Assembly: GCA_965248695.1 (NCBI GenBank)
Contig: CBDFKD010000002.1
Location: forward strand, 3,616,001-3,680,000
DNA length: 64,000 nt
Direction: 5' to 3'
Source of the DNA: Acidobacteriota bacterium
GTDB lineage: Bacteria > Acidobacteriota > UBA890 > WLXD01
Below are positions 28,907-39,688 of this stretch, in pieces; position 1 is the first letter of the stretch, and the number at the start of each line of letters is the position of its first letter. Position numbers and translations under genes: made by a program. The notes below the pieces were generated by a model. It had not been told where the DNA came from, did not search any database, and worked only from the letters and a program-made list of their open reading frames with translations.

Positions 28907-30439
28907 TTGACCGAGGGTGTCTCGCAACCGGCCGCCAGAGGTTCGCGCCTGGATCGCTTCCTACGGCTGTTCACCGACGTACGTCCCGGTGAAGGGCTGA
29001 CGGCCGTACTGTTGGCGGTCAACGTGGCGCTCGTCCTTGGTGCCTACTACGTCATCCGTCCGCTGCGTGAGAGTTTTCTGCTGGCGGAGTACTCACCCGA
29101 GGTCAAGAGCTACTTGCAGGTGGCCAACGTTCTCGCGCTCGCGGTGATCGTCCCGCTGTACGGCAAGCTGACCGACCGCTTTCCGCGCCGCCGACTGATC
29201 AACGTCGTGACGTATGTCTTCGTCGCGCTGCTCGGCGTGTTCTTCCTGATGGGAGTCGCCGGTCTGCCGCTGGGTATCGTCTTCTTCGTGTACGGCAGCA
29301 TCTTCGCGGTCATGGTGGTGACGCAGTTCTGGTCGTTCGCCAACGATATCTACACGCGTGAAGAAGGTGAGCGGCTGTTTCCCATCGTTGCGTTCGGCGC
29401 CTCGCTCGGAGCCGCAGTGGGGGCGACCTTTGTCGGTCAGTTGATCGAGCCGTTCGGCCTCTACGTTCCGATGTTGCTGTCGGGTGGGGTACTGCTGGCT
29501 CAGTTGCAGATCACCAACTACGTCGACAATCGCGAGCGCGCGTTGCGCGAGGCACACCTGCCCGATATCAAGACCACCGCCACGATCGCCGCCAGCGGTC
29601 TGTTCAAGGCACCCACCACCATCGAGGAGCTCGAGGAGCTGGCCGAGCAGGAGCGCCTGATCTTCGAAGCTCGCCAGAAGGGTGAGCCGGTGCCGGAGCC
29701 GGAGGCCTCCAGCGGCGAGTCGGCGTTTGCGCTGGTGCTGCGGACCCGCTACCTGCTTCTTATCGCGGTGTTGATCATGTTCCTCAACTGGGTCAACACG
29801 AACGGTGAGTACATCCTCGGTCGGTTCGTTGTCGACGCCGCGGCTCAAGCTGTTGCGGAGGGCACGACGACGCTCACTCAGGGGGAGTTCATCGGGCGTT
29901 TCTACGCCAACTTTTACGCTGTGATGAACATCGTCGGGCTCCTGATTCAGCTGTTCGTTACCTCACGCGTGGTCAAATACTTGGGGGTGCACATCGGCGT
30001 GATGATGCTGCCCCTGTTGGCGTTCGGCGCCTACGGCCTGATCGCGCTCTTCCCGGTGCTGACCGCGGTTCGTTGGGCCAAGACGGCGGAGAACGCCACC
30101 GACTACTCGCTCAACAACGCCGTGCGTCAGATGCTGTTCTTGCCGACGACGCGTGAGCAGAAGTACAAGGCCAAGCAGGTGAGCGATTCCTTCTTCCATC
30201 GTGCTGGAGACGTTCTGAGCGCCGCGACGGTGTTCATTGGCACTACCGTCCTCGCCCTGACCACTTCCGGGCTGGCATTCTTCAATATGGCGCTGGTGGT
30301 CATCTGGCTGGTCGTGGCGGTCGCGGTCGGAAGGGAGTATCGCGAGCTCGTTCGCTCGGGTCGTCCACCGCGGCCGCGGGGAGGGCGGCGAGCGGCGCAC
30401 CCGTTCGAAGACATCGCCGTGGACGGCTCGGCCTCATAG
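28907..30439 (+). CDS. NTP/NDP exchange transporter (TLC / Npt1-like)
   Basis: YYVIRPLRE, QFWSFANDIY, ENATDYSLNN, LFLPTTREQKYKAK; about 12 hydrophobic segments. Confidence 0.85.
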   Translation: MTEGVSQPAARGSRLDRFLRLFTDVRPGEGLTAVLLAVNVALVLGAYYVIRPLRESFLLAEYSPEVKSYLQVANVLALAVIVPLYGKLTDRFPRRRLINVVTYVFVALLGVFFLMGVAGLPLGIVFFVYGSIFAVMVVTQFWSFANDIYTREEGERLFPIVAFGASLGAAVGATFVGQLIEPFGLYVPMLLSGGVLLAQLQITNYVDNRERALREAHLPDIKTTATIAASGLFKAPTTIEELEELAEQERLIFEARQKGEPVPEPEASSGESAFALVLRTRYLLLIAVLIMFLNWVNTNGEYILGRFVVDAAAQAVAEGTTTLTQGEFIGRFYANFYAVMNIVGLLIQLFVTSRVVKYLGVHIGVMMLPLLAFGAYGLIALFPVLTAVRWAKTAENATDYSLNNAVRQMLFLPTTREQKYKAKQVSDSFFHRAGDVLSAATVFIGTTVLALTTSGLAFFNMALVVIWLVVAVAVGREYRELVRSGRPPRPRGGRRAAHPFEDIAVDGSAS

Positions 30440-30455
30440 CTCGGATCGGTGAACC

Positions 30456-31782
30456 TCATTCGTCTGACAGTCGGCCGACCGCGCGGCGTACCCAAAACAG
30501 CTGTCCGAGTTGTCCGACGGTGAACGCCGCGTAGGTGACGTAGATCCCGGGCACGCTGCCGCCGATCACCCCGAGCACAAGGCCGGCGGTCGAGATCGAC
30601 ATGAAGACGGCCATCGATTCGGTGATCGGCCGGGTCTTGCGCCGGTGCACCAGGATGCCCACGTAGCGGTTTTGCAGCACGCCCGCGGCCGGGAGCAATA
30701 CCGCGATTTTCAGCCCGTTGGTGGCCAACAGCGCGAGTTCGGGCGTCAAGCCGGCGAAGCGCAAGAATAGGACGTCGGCCAGCGGCGTGAACGCCAGCAG
30801 CGAAAGGCCCAGGCTGATGGCTACCAGCACGCCGGTGAACCTCCGCAGCGCCGCTTCCGCGTCCGGCCGATCCAACAGCGCGACCACCACCTCTTTGAAC
30901 GCGATGCCCGGACTACGCAGCAAGAACATGGTTCCGGTGACCACGGGCCATGCCGCCAGCGACGAGAGTGGCAAGGGCATGCGGCTTACCGCGGCGCTAC
31001 CGACTGGCTGCATGATCAAGGCCAGCAAGGAGGTGAGCGCCAGTGGTACGTAGAATCGCAGTAGCTCACCGAGCTCGATGCCTTCTCCGGAGAGGGGACT
31101 CGAGGTCGAAGTGCTGCTCGAGAATCGGCGCTACGCGCCAGCGCACGAACAGGGCCTCGGCGACAACTCCTGCGAGCACGGCGCTGGATCCCAGCGCTAC
31201 CCCTGACGGGGTGAGCTCTGGAGCACTTCGATACAGCCACAGCCCGGCGCCCAATACGACAACGTTGGCCGCGAGTCGCAACAGGGTTCCGACACCAACC
31301 GCTCGCGAGGCGCCGAAGCGGATCAGGATTCCCTGATTGAAGCGACGATAGACGATCGTCCAGGTCCAAGGCAGCGCGATGAGTAGTCCCAGTCGGGCGG
31401 GCTCGATGACGGCCTCGGGCACGGCGATCAGTCGCGTTACCACGAAGTCGTAGAGCGGCGTGGTTGCCAGCACCAGCTGCAGCAACGTCAGCCCGGCGCT
31501 CAGTCGGTGCATGAAGTTGCGCAGCGACAGATAGCTGGCGCCGTCGCGCGACAGGGCCGTGGACGCGGCCAGCAGCATGATGATCGGCGACTCGACCAGC
31601 AGCAGCAACGCCATGACCACACCGCCGTATGCCGCCAGTTGGATCTCGGGGTCCGGCAGGCGCGCCAGAGCGGCGCTGACCACCGGCATCTCGAGCGCCA
31701 TGAACATCCAGCTCAGGGCCAGTGGCCACCAGGTGGTGGCGATTTGCCGACCGGTCAGACCGGTTCGCGTACGGGACATCAC
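30456..31782 (-). pseudogene. MATE/ANKH-like membrane protein, frameshifted
   Basis: Two ORFs (WWPLALSW...ESPIIMLL; FYVPLALTSLL...LAAWPVV) join via a single frameshift near 31090. Confidence 0.75.
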
Positions 31783-31795
31783 TCGTAGAGCTCGG

Positions 31796-32971
31796 TCAGG
31801 ATGGTGGGATCGATACAGCGCGGGCCAGATAATCGGCCATTGCCATGCCGCGAGCCGTCGGATGGACGCTCCGGCCGCGCACGCGAACCAGCTGCTCGTG
31901 GACGAAGCGCTCGAACGTCCCCTCGTTCGGCGTCCACACGTCTACGCCCCAGCGTTTCTGCACTGCGTCGCAATCGAGTCCGGCGCTCGCCCGCAGCCCC
32001 AGCATCACTGCCTCCAGCGCCAGCTCGTCGCGACGTAACCGCTCAGACCCGTGGACGGGAGGGTCGCCACGATCGAGTGCGCCCTCCCAGTCGTTGAGCT
32101 GTCGCAGGTTCCACCATCGGCTCCGCCCACCGCTGAACGAGTGTGCCGACGGGCCCAGTCCGAGGTAGGGGGAATGGTGCCAGTACTTACGGTTGTGGTG
32201 TGACTCGTAGCGTGGTGCCCGTGAGAAGTTCGACACCTCATAAGCGCGGTAGCCGGCGGCCGCGAGCCGTTCGTGAGCCTGCAGATAGAGCTCTGCCTGG
32301 TCCGGCGCGGCAAGCTCATGCAGCTCGCCGCGCCGCCGGCGCCGGTACAGCGGCGTGCCCTTGTGAATGGTGAGCTGGTAGCACGACACGTGGTGCGGCT
32401 GCAGCGCGATGACGCGCTCCAGGTTGGCGCGCCAGGTGCTGGCGCGCTGATCAGGTAGTCCGAAGATCAGGTCGACGGAGACGGATTCGAAGCCCGCGTC
32501 GAGCGCCGTCTCGACGCTGCGCGTCGATTCCGCCGCCGAATGGCTCCGACCGAGAAAGGCGAGCTCGTCGTCGTCGAACGACTGCGTCCCCAGGCTGATC
32601 GTGTGGAAACCGAGATCGCGCCAAACCGCCGCCGACTCGCCGCTCACGTCCTCGGGGTTGGCCTCGATCGTATGGACCGCGTCGTCGCGCACGGGCAGGC
32701 GAACGCTGGCTCCTTCGAGCACCTGCGCCAGTTGCTCGGGTTGCAGGCAGGAGGGTGTTCCGCCACCCACGTAGACGGAGTCGATCACCCGGTCCCACTC
32801 GCCGTAGTGCTCCATCTCGTCGAGCAAGTGCGCGACGAAGCGCTGGCGCCGTAAGGCACTGCCAGTGCGCACGGCGAAATCGCAGTACGGGCATACGCGA
32901 GCGCAAAAAGGAACGTGTAGATAGAGGCCTGCCCCAGCGAGCGGTGCGGCTTCGACATGCTTGTCGGGCAT
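31796..32971 (-). CDS. hemW: Radical SAM heme chaperone HemW (HemN-like)
   Basis: LYLHVPFCARVCPYCDF, GGGTPS, EANPED, YEVSNF, HNRKYW (HemW HNxxYW motif). Confidence 0.88.
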   Translation of the reverse strand: MPDKHVEAAPLAGAGLYLHVPFCARVCPYCDFAVRTGSALRRQRFVAHLLDEMEHYGEWDRVIDSVYVGGGTPSCLQPEQLAQVLEGASVRLPVRDDAVHTIEANPEDVSGESAAVWRDLGFHTISLGTQSFDDDELAFLGRSHSAAESTRSVETALDAGFESVSVDLIFGLPDQRASTWRANLERVIALQPHHVSCYQLTIHKGTPLYRRRRRGELHELAAPDQAELYLQAHERLAAAGYRAYEVSNFSRAPRYESHHNRKYWHHSPYLGLGPSAHSFSGGRSRWWNLRQLNDWEGALDRGDPPVHGSERLRRDELALEAVMLGLRASAGLDCDAVQKRWGVDVWTPNEGTFERFVHEQLVRVRGRSVHPTARGMAMADYLARAVSIPPS

Positions 32972-33087
32972 GCGCTGCGGGCCTCCAACCCGCCGACGGG
33001 CCGACGCAGGCATGGGCGGGACGATCGTCCCGTTGGTTGGCCCCCAGCGCCCCACGATGCCGCCTGAGCGTGTTGTAGCATGCCAGC

Positions 33088-35185
33088 ATGGAGGAGGGGC
33101 GCAGCGTTCCGCGGTCGCATCTCGATGAGCTCAACGAGGCGCAGCGACGCGCGGTTCTGTACGGGCTGGATGGCGATCTGCGCTCGGTGGCGCCGTTGCT
33201 GATCATTGCCGGGGCCGGCTCCGGAAAAACCCTCACGCTGGCGCATCGAGTCGCCGAGCTGATCCTCGGCGGGGCGGACCCGCGCCGGGTGCTGTTGCTG
33301 ACCTTCAGCCGTCGGGCGGCGCAGGAGATGCGGCGGCGCGCCGAGCGCATCGTGGTCTCGGCGGTGCGCACCGCGGCGGTCGGGGGAAGTCCGACGCGCG
33401 CCACCGCCACATCGCTCCGCTGGGCCGGAACGTTCCATTCGGTGGCCAATCGCTTGCTGCGCCGGTTCGGCCCGGCGGTCGGGTTGTCTGAATCGTTCAC
33501 CGTCATGGACCGTTCCGACTCGGAGGACCTGCTCAACCTGGTGCGCAATCAGCTCGGCATGTCCGATCGGGCGAAGCGGTTTCCACGCAAGGGCACCTGC
33601 ATGGCGGTGTACTCGCGCACGGTGAACAGCGAACAGGGTCTGGACGAGGTGCTCCGGCGTAACTTCCCGTGGTGTGCCGAGTAGGAGGAGTCGCTGCGCG
33701 CACTCTTCCGCGCCTATGTGGAGCTCAAGCAGGAGCGCGCCATCCTCGATTACGATGACCTGCTGCTGTACTGGGCTCACATGATGGAGGAGCCGGAGCT
33801 CGCGGCGCACGTCGGCGAGCTGTTCGACCACGTGCTGGTCGACGAGTACCAGGACACCAACAGCCTGCAGGCGCGGATACTCTTGGCGCTGTGCTCACGC
33901 GGAGACGGCATCACCGTGGTTGGCGACGATGCGCAGTCCATCTACGCTTTTCGCGCCGCCACGGTGCGCAACATCCTCGATTTTCCGGCCAGCTTCGAGC
34001 CACCGGCCAAGGTCATTTCCCTCGAACAGAACTATCGATCCACGCAGCCGATTCTCGAGGCTGCCAACACGGTGATCGCGCAGGCGAGCGAACGCTTCAC
34101 CAAGGAGCTGTTCTCGGCCAAGGCTTCCGATCAGCGACCGCGCCTGGTGGCCGTCGAGGACGAGAACGCCCAGGCTCAGTACGTCGTCGAAGAGGTCCTG
34201 GCCACTCGCGAGGCGGGCGTGGCGCTCAAGCGCCAGGCGGTGCTGTTCCGGACGGCGCACCACAGTGACCTTCTCGAGGTCGAATTGGCGCGCCGCAACA
34301 TTCCGTTCGTCAAGTACGGCGGCCTCAAGTTTCTCGAGGCGGCGCATGTGAAGGACCTGCTCGCCGTGCTGCGCTGGGCGCAGAATACGCGCGATAGCCC
34401 GGCGGCGTTCCGCGCCTTGCAGCTGCTGTCGGGAGTCGGTCCGGGCACGGCCCAACGGGTCATCGAGTATCTCGACGAGCGCAGCGGTGATTGGGAGGCG
34501 CTGCGCGAATGTCCGGTGCCGGCCGCCGCCCGCCAGGAGTTCTCGGGGCTTCTCGATCTGCTCACCGGGCTGGCCGGCGGCACCGCGCAGTGGCCGGGGG
34601 ACGTCGGCCGCGCCCGTGCGTGGTACGAACCGTATCTGGAGACTCTCTACGAGGCCCCGGTGGTGCGGGCCGGTGATCTCGAGCAGCTGGAACACGTGGC
34701 CGGCCACTATCCGAACCGAGAACGGTTCCTCACCGAGCTCATCATCGATCCGCCGCAGGCGAGCGGCGACCACGCTGGTCCACCGCATCTGGATGAGGAC
34801 TACCTGATTCTGTCGACCATCCATTCCGCCAAGGGACAGGAGTGGGACAGCGTCCATGTGCTCAACGTCGTCGACGGCTGCATCCCGTCGGACATGTCAA
34901 CCGGTACCACCGAAGAGATCGACGAGGAGCGCCGACTGCTCTACGTCGCCATGACGCGGGCCGAGCGCGAGCTGCACCTCATCCATCCGCTGCGCTTCTA
35001 CGTGACGCAGCAACGCAGACTCGGCGGCCGACATGTGTACGCGCCCATCAGCAGGTTCCTGCCCGTGGATGCGCGCCACTGCTTCGAGCGCATCGTTCCG
35101 CGAGATCCGACGGACGACGGCGAGGTGGCCGCCGGGGGCGGGGTTGGTGGCCGACGTCGGCGCGAAGCTGCGCGAGATGTGGTGA
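33088..35185 (+). pseudogene. UvrD/REP-family ATP-dependent helicase with in-frame TAG and a C-terminal frameshift
   Basis: AGAGSGKT, LVDEYQDTN, VGDDAQSIY, LEQNYRST, STIHSAKGQEW, EERRLLYVAMTRA. TAG at 33682-33684. A family-like end DVGAKLREMW* (stop 35185) lies in another frame after G-runs at ~35133-35144. Confidence 0.8.
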
Positions 35186-35384
35186 CGCGCCGCTGACGGC
35201 ACGGCCGACTGTCACGTAGCCGACGTTATCCGTCCCACACGGCGAACAACCTTGGCGCTCGGCGGCAGTAACCCCTCGGCTGGGGGTGGCGAAGAACAAG
35301 TCGAGCGTCGTCGGCGCTCGGCCTCGCGACCGACAGCGTCTGTCGAGAGGGCTACCCACTCGAGCTCCCCAGGAAGGGTCTTTG

Positions 35385-36005
35385 ATGCGCAAGCTTCTCG
35401 TCCTCACCGTCTTGCTCAGTCTGATCGCCGCGCCGGCTATCGGCTTCGCCGCCGCCGGGCTCGACGCCCGCACGTGGGATGTCGATGTTGCCCACACGGA
35501 CGTCGGCTTCAAGGTGCGCCACTTCTTCACCCCGATCAGCGGATCGTTCACCGACTACGAGATCGACCTGGCGTTCGACGCCGACGAGCCCGCCAACAGC
35601 CACGTCGAGGCGACGATCGCCGTGGCCTCCGTCAGCACCGGAAACGAACGCCGCGACAACCACCTGCGCTCGGGTGACTGGTTCGAGGCCGACGAGTATC
35701 CGTACATCACCTTCAGCAGCAAGTCGGTCCGGTCCGTCAGCGGCGGCAGCCTGGTTGCGAGCGGCACGCTCACGATCAAGGGCGTCGCGCGCCAGGTCGA
35801 GCTACCGATCAAGCTGCTCGGCGTACAGCCCATTCCGGAGCCCATGCGCGACATGATGGGAGGCATCACCGAGGCCGCCAGCTTCCAGGCCAGCCTGACC
35901 ATCGACCGCAACGACTTCGGCGTGGGTGTTGGATCCTGGGCCGAAACGGCGATCGTCGGTGGCGACGTTCAGATCGATCTGCTGGTGGAGGCGAACCACC
36001 GCTAG
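35385..36005 (+). CDS. YceI-family polyisoprenoid-binding protein
   Basis: Signal peptide; WDVDVAHTDVGFKVRH, RRDNHLRS.DWF, GTLTIKG, IDRNDFG. Confidence 0.9.
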   Translation: MRKLLVLTVLLSLIAAPAIGFAAAGLDARTWDVDVAHTDVGFKVRHFFTPISGSFTDYEIDLAFDADEPANSHVEATIAVASVSTGNERRDNHLRSGDWFEADEYPYITFSSKSVRSVSGGSLVASGTLTIKGVARQVELPIKLLGVQPIPEPMRDMMGGITEAASFQASLTIDRNDFGVGVGSWAETAIVGGDVQIDLLVEANHR

Positions 36006-36018
36006 GTGGCGTTTACGA

Positions 36019-39003
36019 TCACTGCGCCCGCCTCTCGCTGGCCGCTTCCAAGTTGCGGATCAGTCGCGCCACCTGGCGACGCTCCCTCCCGTGGGCCAGC
36101 GTGAGTGCGCGGCGCGCATATGGCAGGGCCGGCTCCGGCTCACCGAGGCGGCTGTAGAGCCCGGCCACCGTCCAGTGTCCCAGCGGTTGCGCCGGGATCG
36201 TCGCGGTCAGTCGGAAGGCCGCCTCGAGCGCGAGCTCGAACAAGCCGGCCTCGATGAAGTGCTCCACCAGCGCAGCGTGGACTTGCTCCGGCGCAATGGT
36301 ACCGGCATCGGCGCCGAGCTCGGCAAGAGCGGCCGGGTCGTCCATCAGGTCGGTGCCGAGCAACGGACGCACCCAGAGGTACGTCTGCCCCTGAGTCGGG
36401 TCTAGGGTGAGCGAGCGCCCGAATCGCCAGCGCGCCGGATCGAGCCTTCCCTGCAGTACGCTCAGGCGCCCCCATTCGGCGAAGTAGCGCGCCGACTGTG
36501 GACGCCGACCAAGGGCATTGCGATAGTGGCGGTCGGCGCGTTCTAGCCTCATCGCTCGCCTTACCGGGTCGGCCTCTGCCTCTCCCCACTGGATGTAGAG
36601 GCGCGCCAGGTTGGCGTGTTCCGTCCCGCCTGCCTGCTCGGACCGGAGCGCCTGTCGCAGCTGCGCCGCGGCGCGGCCGAAGCGTTTGTCGCGCGTCGCT
36701 TCCGGGGCGAGGGCTGCCCAATCCGATTGCACGGTGGCAAGCCCCACCCGGTAGGCGATCTCGTCCGGTCGCGACGCCAGCGCCTCTTGGTACAGTTGCG
36801 CCGAGGTGGCGAAGCGTTCCGCGCGCCGCGTGGAGTCGGCCTGTGCCGCCAGGATGTCTGCCCGCACCGCGATGATATGGGGCGTCCTCGGAAGGAGGAT
36901 GCCGAGTGCGGCGATCAGCGCCACGGCCGCAGCGGTGCGAGCCCGTGACCGGCCAACGTGCCTTGGCCAGGTGCCGTGCTTCAGGTCAGTCGTGGCCCCG
37001 ACGCTGGCGCGCGCCCGCGACCTGGAGAGCATCACGCCCATGCCCACCGCCGTCGCCAGCATCCAGGCCTGGTAGCCGTCGAACAGGCCCCCGATCGTCG
37101 AGCTGGCGGCGACATCGGCGCCGCGCCCGCGCAGGGCGGCGGCGGTGGCCAGCTGTAGGCGGTGGAAAACGATGGCCGGCGTCGCCGCCAGCGCGCTGGC
37201 GACCAAGAATCGCACCCAGTGGCCGCCTCGATGGACGGTGCTCGTACGCCCGACCGACGACAGGGCCGCGCCGCACAGCCACGTCGCCTGCAGGACGACC
37301 GCTACCGTCATCCACGGGCCGGGCCCCGGAGCCCACAGTCCGTACGCCAGTGTCGCCAGCATCGCCCCGGTCAAGAGCCCGTCGACCTCGCTGCTGCCTG
37401 AGTCGCGCGCGGTACTGTCCCCGACCCAAGTACCATATCGGACAGCAACAAGGGCCCCTGCGAGCACCCAGAAGCACGTTTGGGTGGCCGTTACAGCGAT
37501 GCCGAATTGCGTTTCGACCAGATGCGCAACTACCGCTGCGGTCAGCAAGAGCGCCAAGCGTCGCGACCGAACCGGCTGGTGGGGGAGCGTGTCGGTGTTT
37601 CCCTCGGAGCGCAGGAGCAGATAGGCCACGGCGCCAATAATCATGCCCGGGACCACGCCGACAGCACCGACCGCCCAGCTGCTGGAAGCCGCGAGAGCGG
37701 CGATCGCTCCCAGCGTTGCACCGGTCACAAGCGCGCCGATGAATCGCCGCGTCGATCCGGGCTCGATCAGCAGTCCCGCGGCGCGTAGGCCGATGCTGAG
37801 GAGCGCCGCCACGGTCAGCAGGTAGCAGCCGACACCCAGCAAGCCCCGCGTGAGAAGGATCTCGAGCACCTGGTTGTGCGCCCGGTCGGGCAGTGATTCC
37901 CAGCTCTCGACGCGCTCCAGCCCTGCCGGGTAGGAGTGCTCCAGAGCCAGCCATGTGGTTTCTGGGCCGAACCCCACCAGCCAACGCCAAGCCGTTCGCC
38001 TGACGTCGGCCACGGATGGATCGGTCATCGCCCGTGGCACGGTGTTCCAGATCAGCAGACGCACACGGTTGGCGTCACGCTCCGGGTTGAGCACCGTCGC
38101 CACGTCGATCACCGAGTCGTCGCCCGTTGCCCGATCCACGGTGACGCTGAGCCAGGCGAATCCGGCGACGACGACAACCACCGCCAGCACGCTCCGGCGT
38201 CGCCTCCAGCGGCCGATGGCGGGCCGCGCCGATGCCGGATCGGCACGCCGCATGGCGAGTGCGCCAGCGACGAGCACCGTGACGCCAAATAGAAGCCCGA
38301 TCAGTGCCGCTGAGCCTTGTGACGTCAGCAGCGCGGCGAGTTGGAGAACGATGACGGCCGCCGGTACTGCGGCCCGTTGCAGCCGCGGCGACCGGATCAG
38401 GCCGGCCACGCCGGCACGGCCCTCGCTGCGGTCAGCGTGCGATGCCTCCACAATGAAGTCAGCGGTCACGAACAGCGGCAGCAGCAGGAAGGCGGCGAGG
38501 AACGTCGGGTTGCCGAAGGTGGCGTTGACCTGCAGCGGCTCGTTGCCTGTCGGAATCACGACGCCGGCGCGTTGAGCCAGCGCCAGCACGCAGATCGGGA
38601 CGCTGCAGGTGGCCAGCGCGAGGCGCAGCCGTCGCCACTGTGCCACATGCCGAAGGCGGGCGGCGAGCGTGGCGAACAGCGCCAGGTAGGCGATATCCAG
38701 CAGCGCTCCTTGTCCCCGAGCATACGATCCTGACCAGCTCAGATCAGGAGCGATGGAGCTCGCGGTGCTGAGCGCGACGGACGCTGTCCAAGCCAGGAAG
38801 ATGGACACCCCGATCGCAGCGGCGCGGGGTACACCGACGCTGGCCCGCCTCGTGTACACCCGCAGCGCTGCCCAGCAGCCCAGCATCAGGAGCACGTACG
38901 TGCGGGCCATGGCTGCCTTGTCGGGCTCGAAGCTGGTGCGCGAGTAGGGGTTGAGGAACAGGGCTGTGGCGACCACTGCACCGAGCCACGCCGCTTCAAT
39001 CAA
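36019..39003 (-). CDS. O-antigen-ligase (Wzy_C/WaaL/O-OTase-like) membrane protein with C-terminal TPRs
   Basis: SFEPDKA, ATFGNPTFLAAFL, VRLLIW, GFGPET, DRAHNQVLE; many TM segments; TPR-like helical C-terminus. Start uncertain. Confidence 0.82.
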   Translation of the reverse strand: MIEAAWLGAVVATALFLNPYSRTSFEPDKAAMARTYVLLMLGCWAALRVYTRRASVGVPRAAAIGVSIFLAWTASVALSTASSIAPDLSWSGSYARGQGALLDIAYLALFATLAARLRHVAQWRRLRLALATCSVPICVLALAQRAGVVIPTGNEPLQVNATFGNPTFLAAFLLLPLFVTADFIVEASHADRSEGRAGVAGLIRSPRLQRAAVPAAVIVLQLAALLTSQGSAALIGLLFGVTVLVAGALAMRRADPASARPAIGRWRRRRSVLAVVVVVAGFAWLSVTVDRATGDDSVIDVATVLNPERDANRVRLLIWNTVPRAMTDPSVADVRRTAWRWLVGFGPETTWLALEHSYPAGLERVESWESLPDRAHNQVLEILLTRGLLGVGCYLLTVAALLSIGLRAAGLLIEPGSTRRFIGALVTGATLGAIAALAASSSWAVGAVGVVPGMIIGAVAYLLLRSEGNTDTLPHQPVRSRRLALLLTAAVVAHLVETQFGIAVTATQTCFWVLAGALVAVRYGTWVGDSTARDSGSSEVDGLLTGAMLATLAYGLWAPGPGPWMTVAVVLQATWLCGAALSSVGRTSTVHRGGHWVRFLVASALAATPAIVFHRLQLATAAALRGRGADVAASSTIGGLFDGYQAWMLATAVGMGVMLSRSRARASVGATTDLKHGTWPRHVGRSRARTAAAVALIAALGILLPRTPHIIAVRADILAAQADSTRRAERFATSAQLYQEALASRPDEIAYRVGLATVQSDWAALAPEATRDKRFGRAAAQLRQALRSEQAGGTEHANLARLYIQWGEAEADPVRRAMRLERADRHYRNALGRRPQSARYFAEWGRLSVLQGRLDPARWRFGRSLTLDPTQGQTYLWVRPLLGTDLMDDPAALAELGADAGTIAPEQVHAALVEHFIEAGLFELALEAAFRLTATIPAQPLGHWTVAGLYSRLGEPEPALPYARRALTLAHGRERRQVARLIRNLEAASERRAQ

Positions 39004-39127
39004 TCCGGAAAGCAGACTGCCCAGTTGGATGCCCGACAGGGACCCGGTGGGAGAGCGTTGTTTGCTGTGTAAATCGCGTGATAGCTTCAGGAGTGTCTCG
39101 AACCGCAGGCTGGGGGAGCGGATCTAC

Positions 39128-39649
39128 ATGAGGATGGGCAGCCGCACTATGTTACCGGCGCTCGTTGCCGTGTACCTGGTGGTGAGCTTTGCGGCGCCAT
39201 CAGGCGTCGCCGCGGTGCAGCAGTGGGTACGGGTGCTCTATACCGCCACCTACCACAACGACGCCGGCGGAGAGCTCTTCCTCCCCGGCGGCACGCTGGA
39301 TCCGGCCGACCTGCTGGATGGTGTGGGCGCCAACACGAAGCTCGTGGTGGGCGCCTTCGTCTCGCTCACGCGTCCCGGTGCGGTCACCGGCACTGTGTTG
39401 CAGATCAGCAATGGGGTAGAGGTCGCCGCGAGCGTCGCCGGAAAGAAAAAGCCGAAGGTGGTGGCCAAGCTGAAGGGCAACCTAGTGCAGGGCGTGATAG
39501 ATCTCAGGAAAACCGTGCCGGCGAAGAAGCTGATCGACAAGGGCATGGTGACCTTCGATATGACCACCAGTGGTCCCGAGGTGGCGGCCTACAACGCTGA
39601 CGTCAGCTACTACATCGAGCTTGCCTCGTTGGCTCGGTCGCGGCGCTGA
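39128..39649 (+). CDS. Secreted hypothetical protein
   Basis: Signal-peptide-like N-terminus, beta-rich Lys-containing mature part, strongly GC3-biased codons. Confidence 0.65.
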   Translation: MRMGSRTMLPALVAVYLVVSFAAPSGVAAVQQWVRVLYTATYHNDAGGELFLPGGTLDPADLLDGVGANTKLVVGAFVSLTRPGAVTGTVLQISNGVEVAASVAGKKKPKVVAKLKGNLVQGVIDLRKTVPAKKLIDKGMVTFDMTTSGPEVAAYNADVSYYIELASLARSRR

Positions 39650-39688
39650 GGCACGGACCACGGTCGTCCGGCGCACGTAGGCGTCGCA

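Noticed and set aside
24036-33684. Two in-frame TAG codons (IS-B orfA, helicase) suggesting amber recoding or pyrrolysine
   Set aside because: They appear to replace different residues (Gln by comparison with IS-A; probably Trp in the helicase), each is one transition from the sense codon, TAG ends many intact genes here, and no pyl genes are present.
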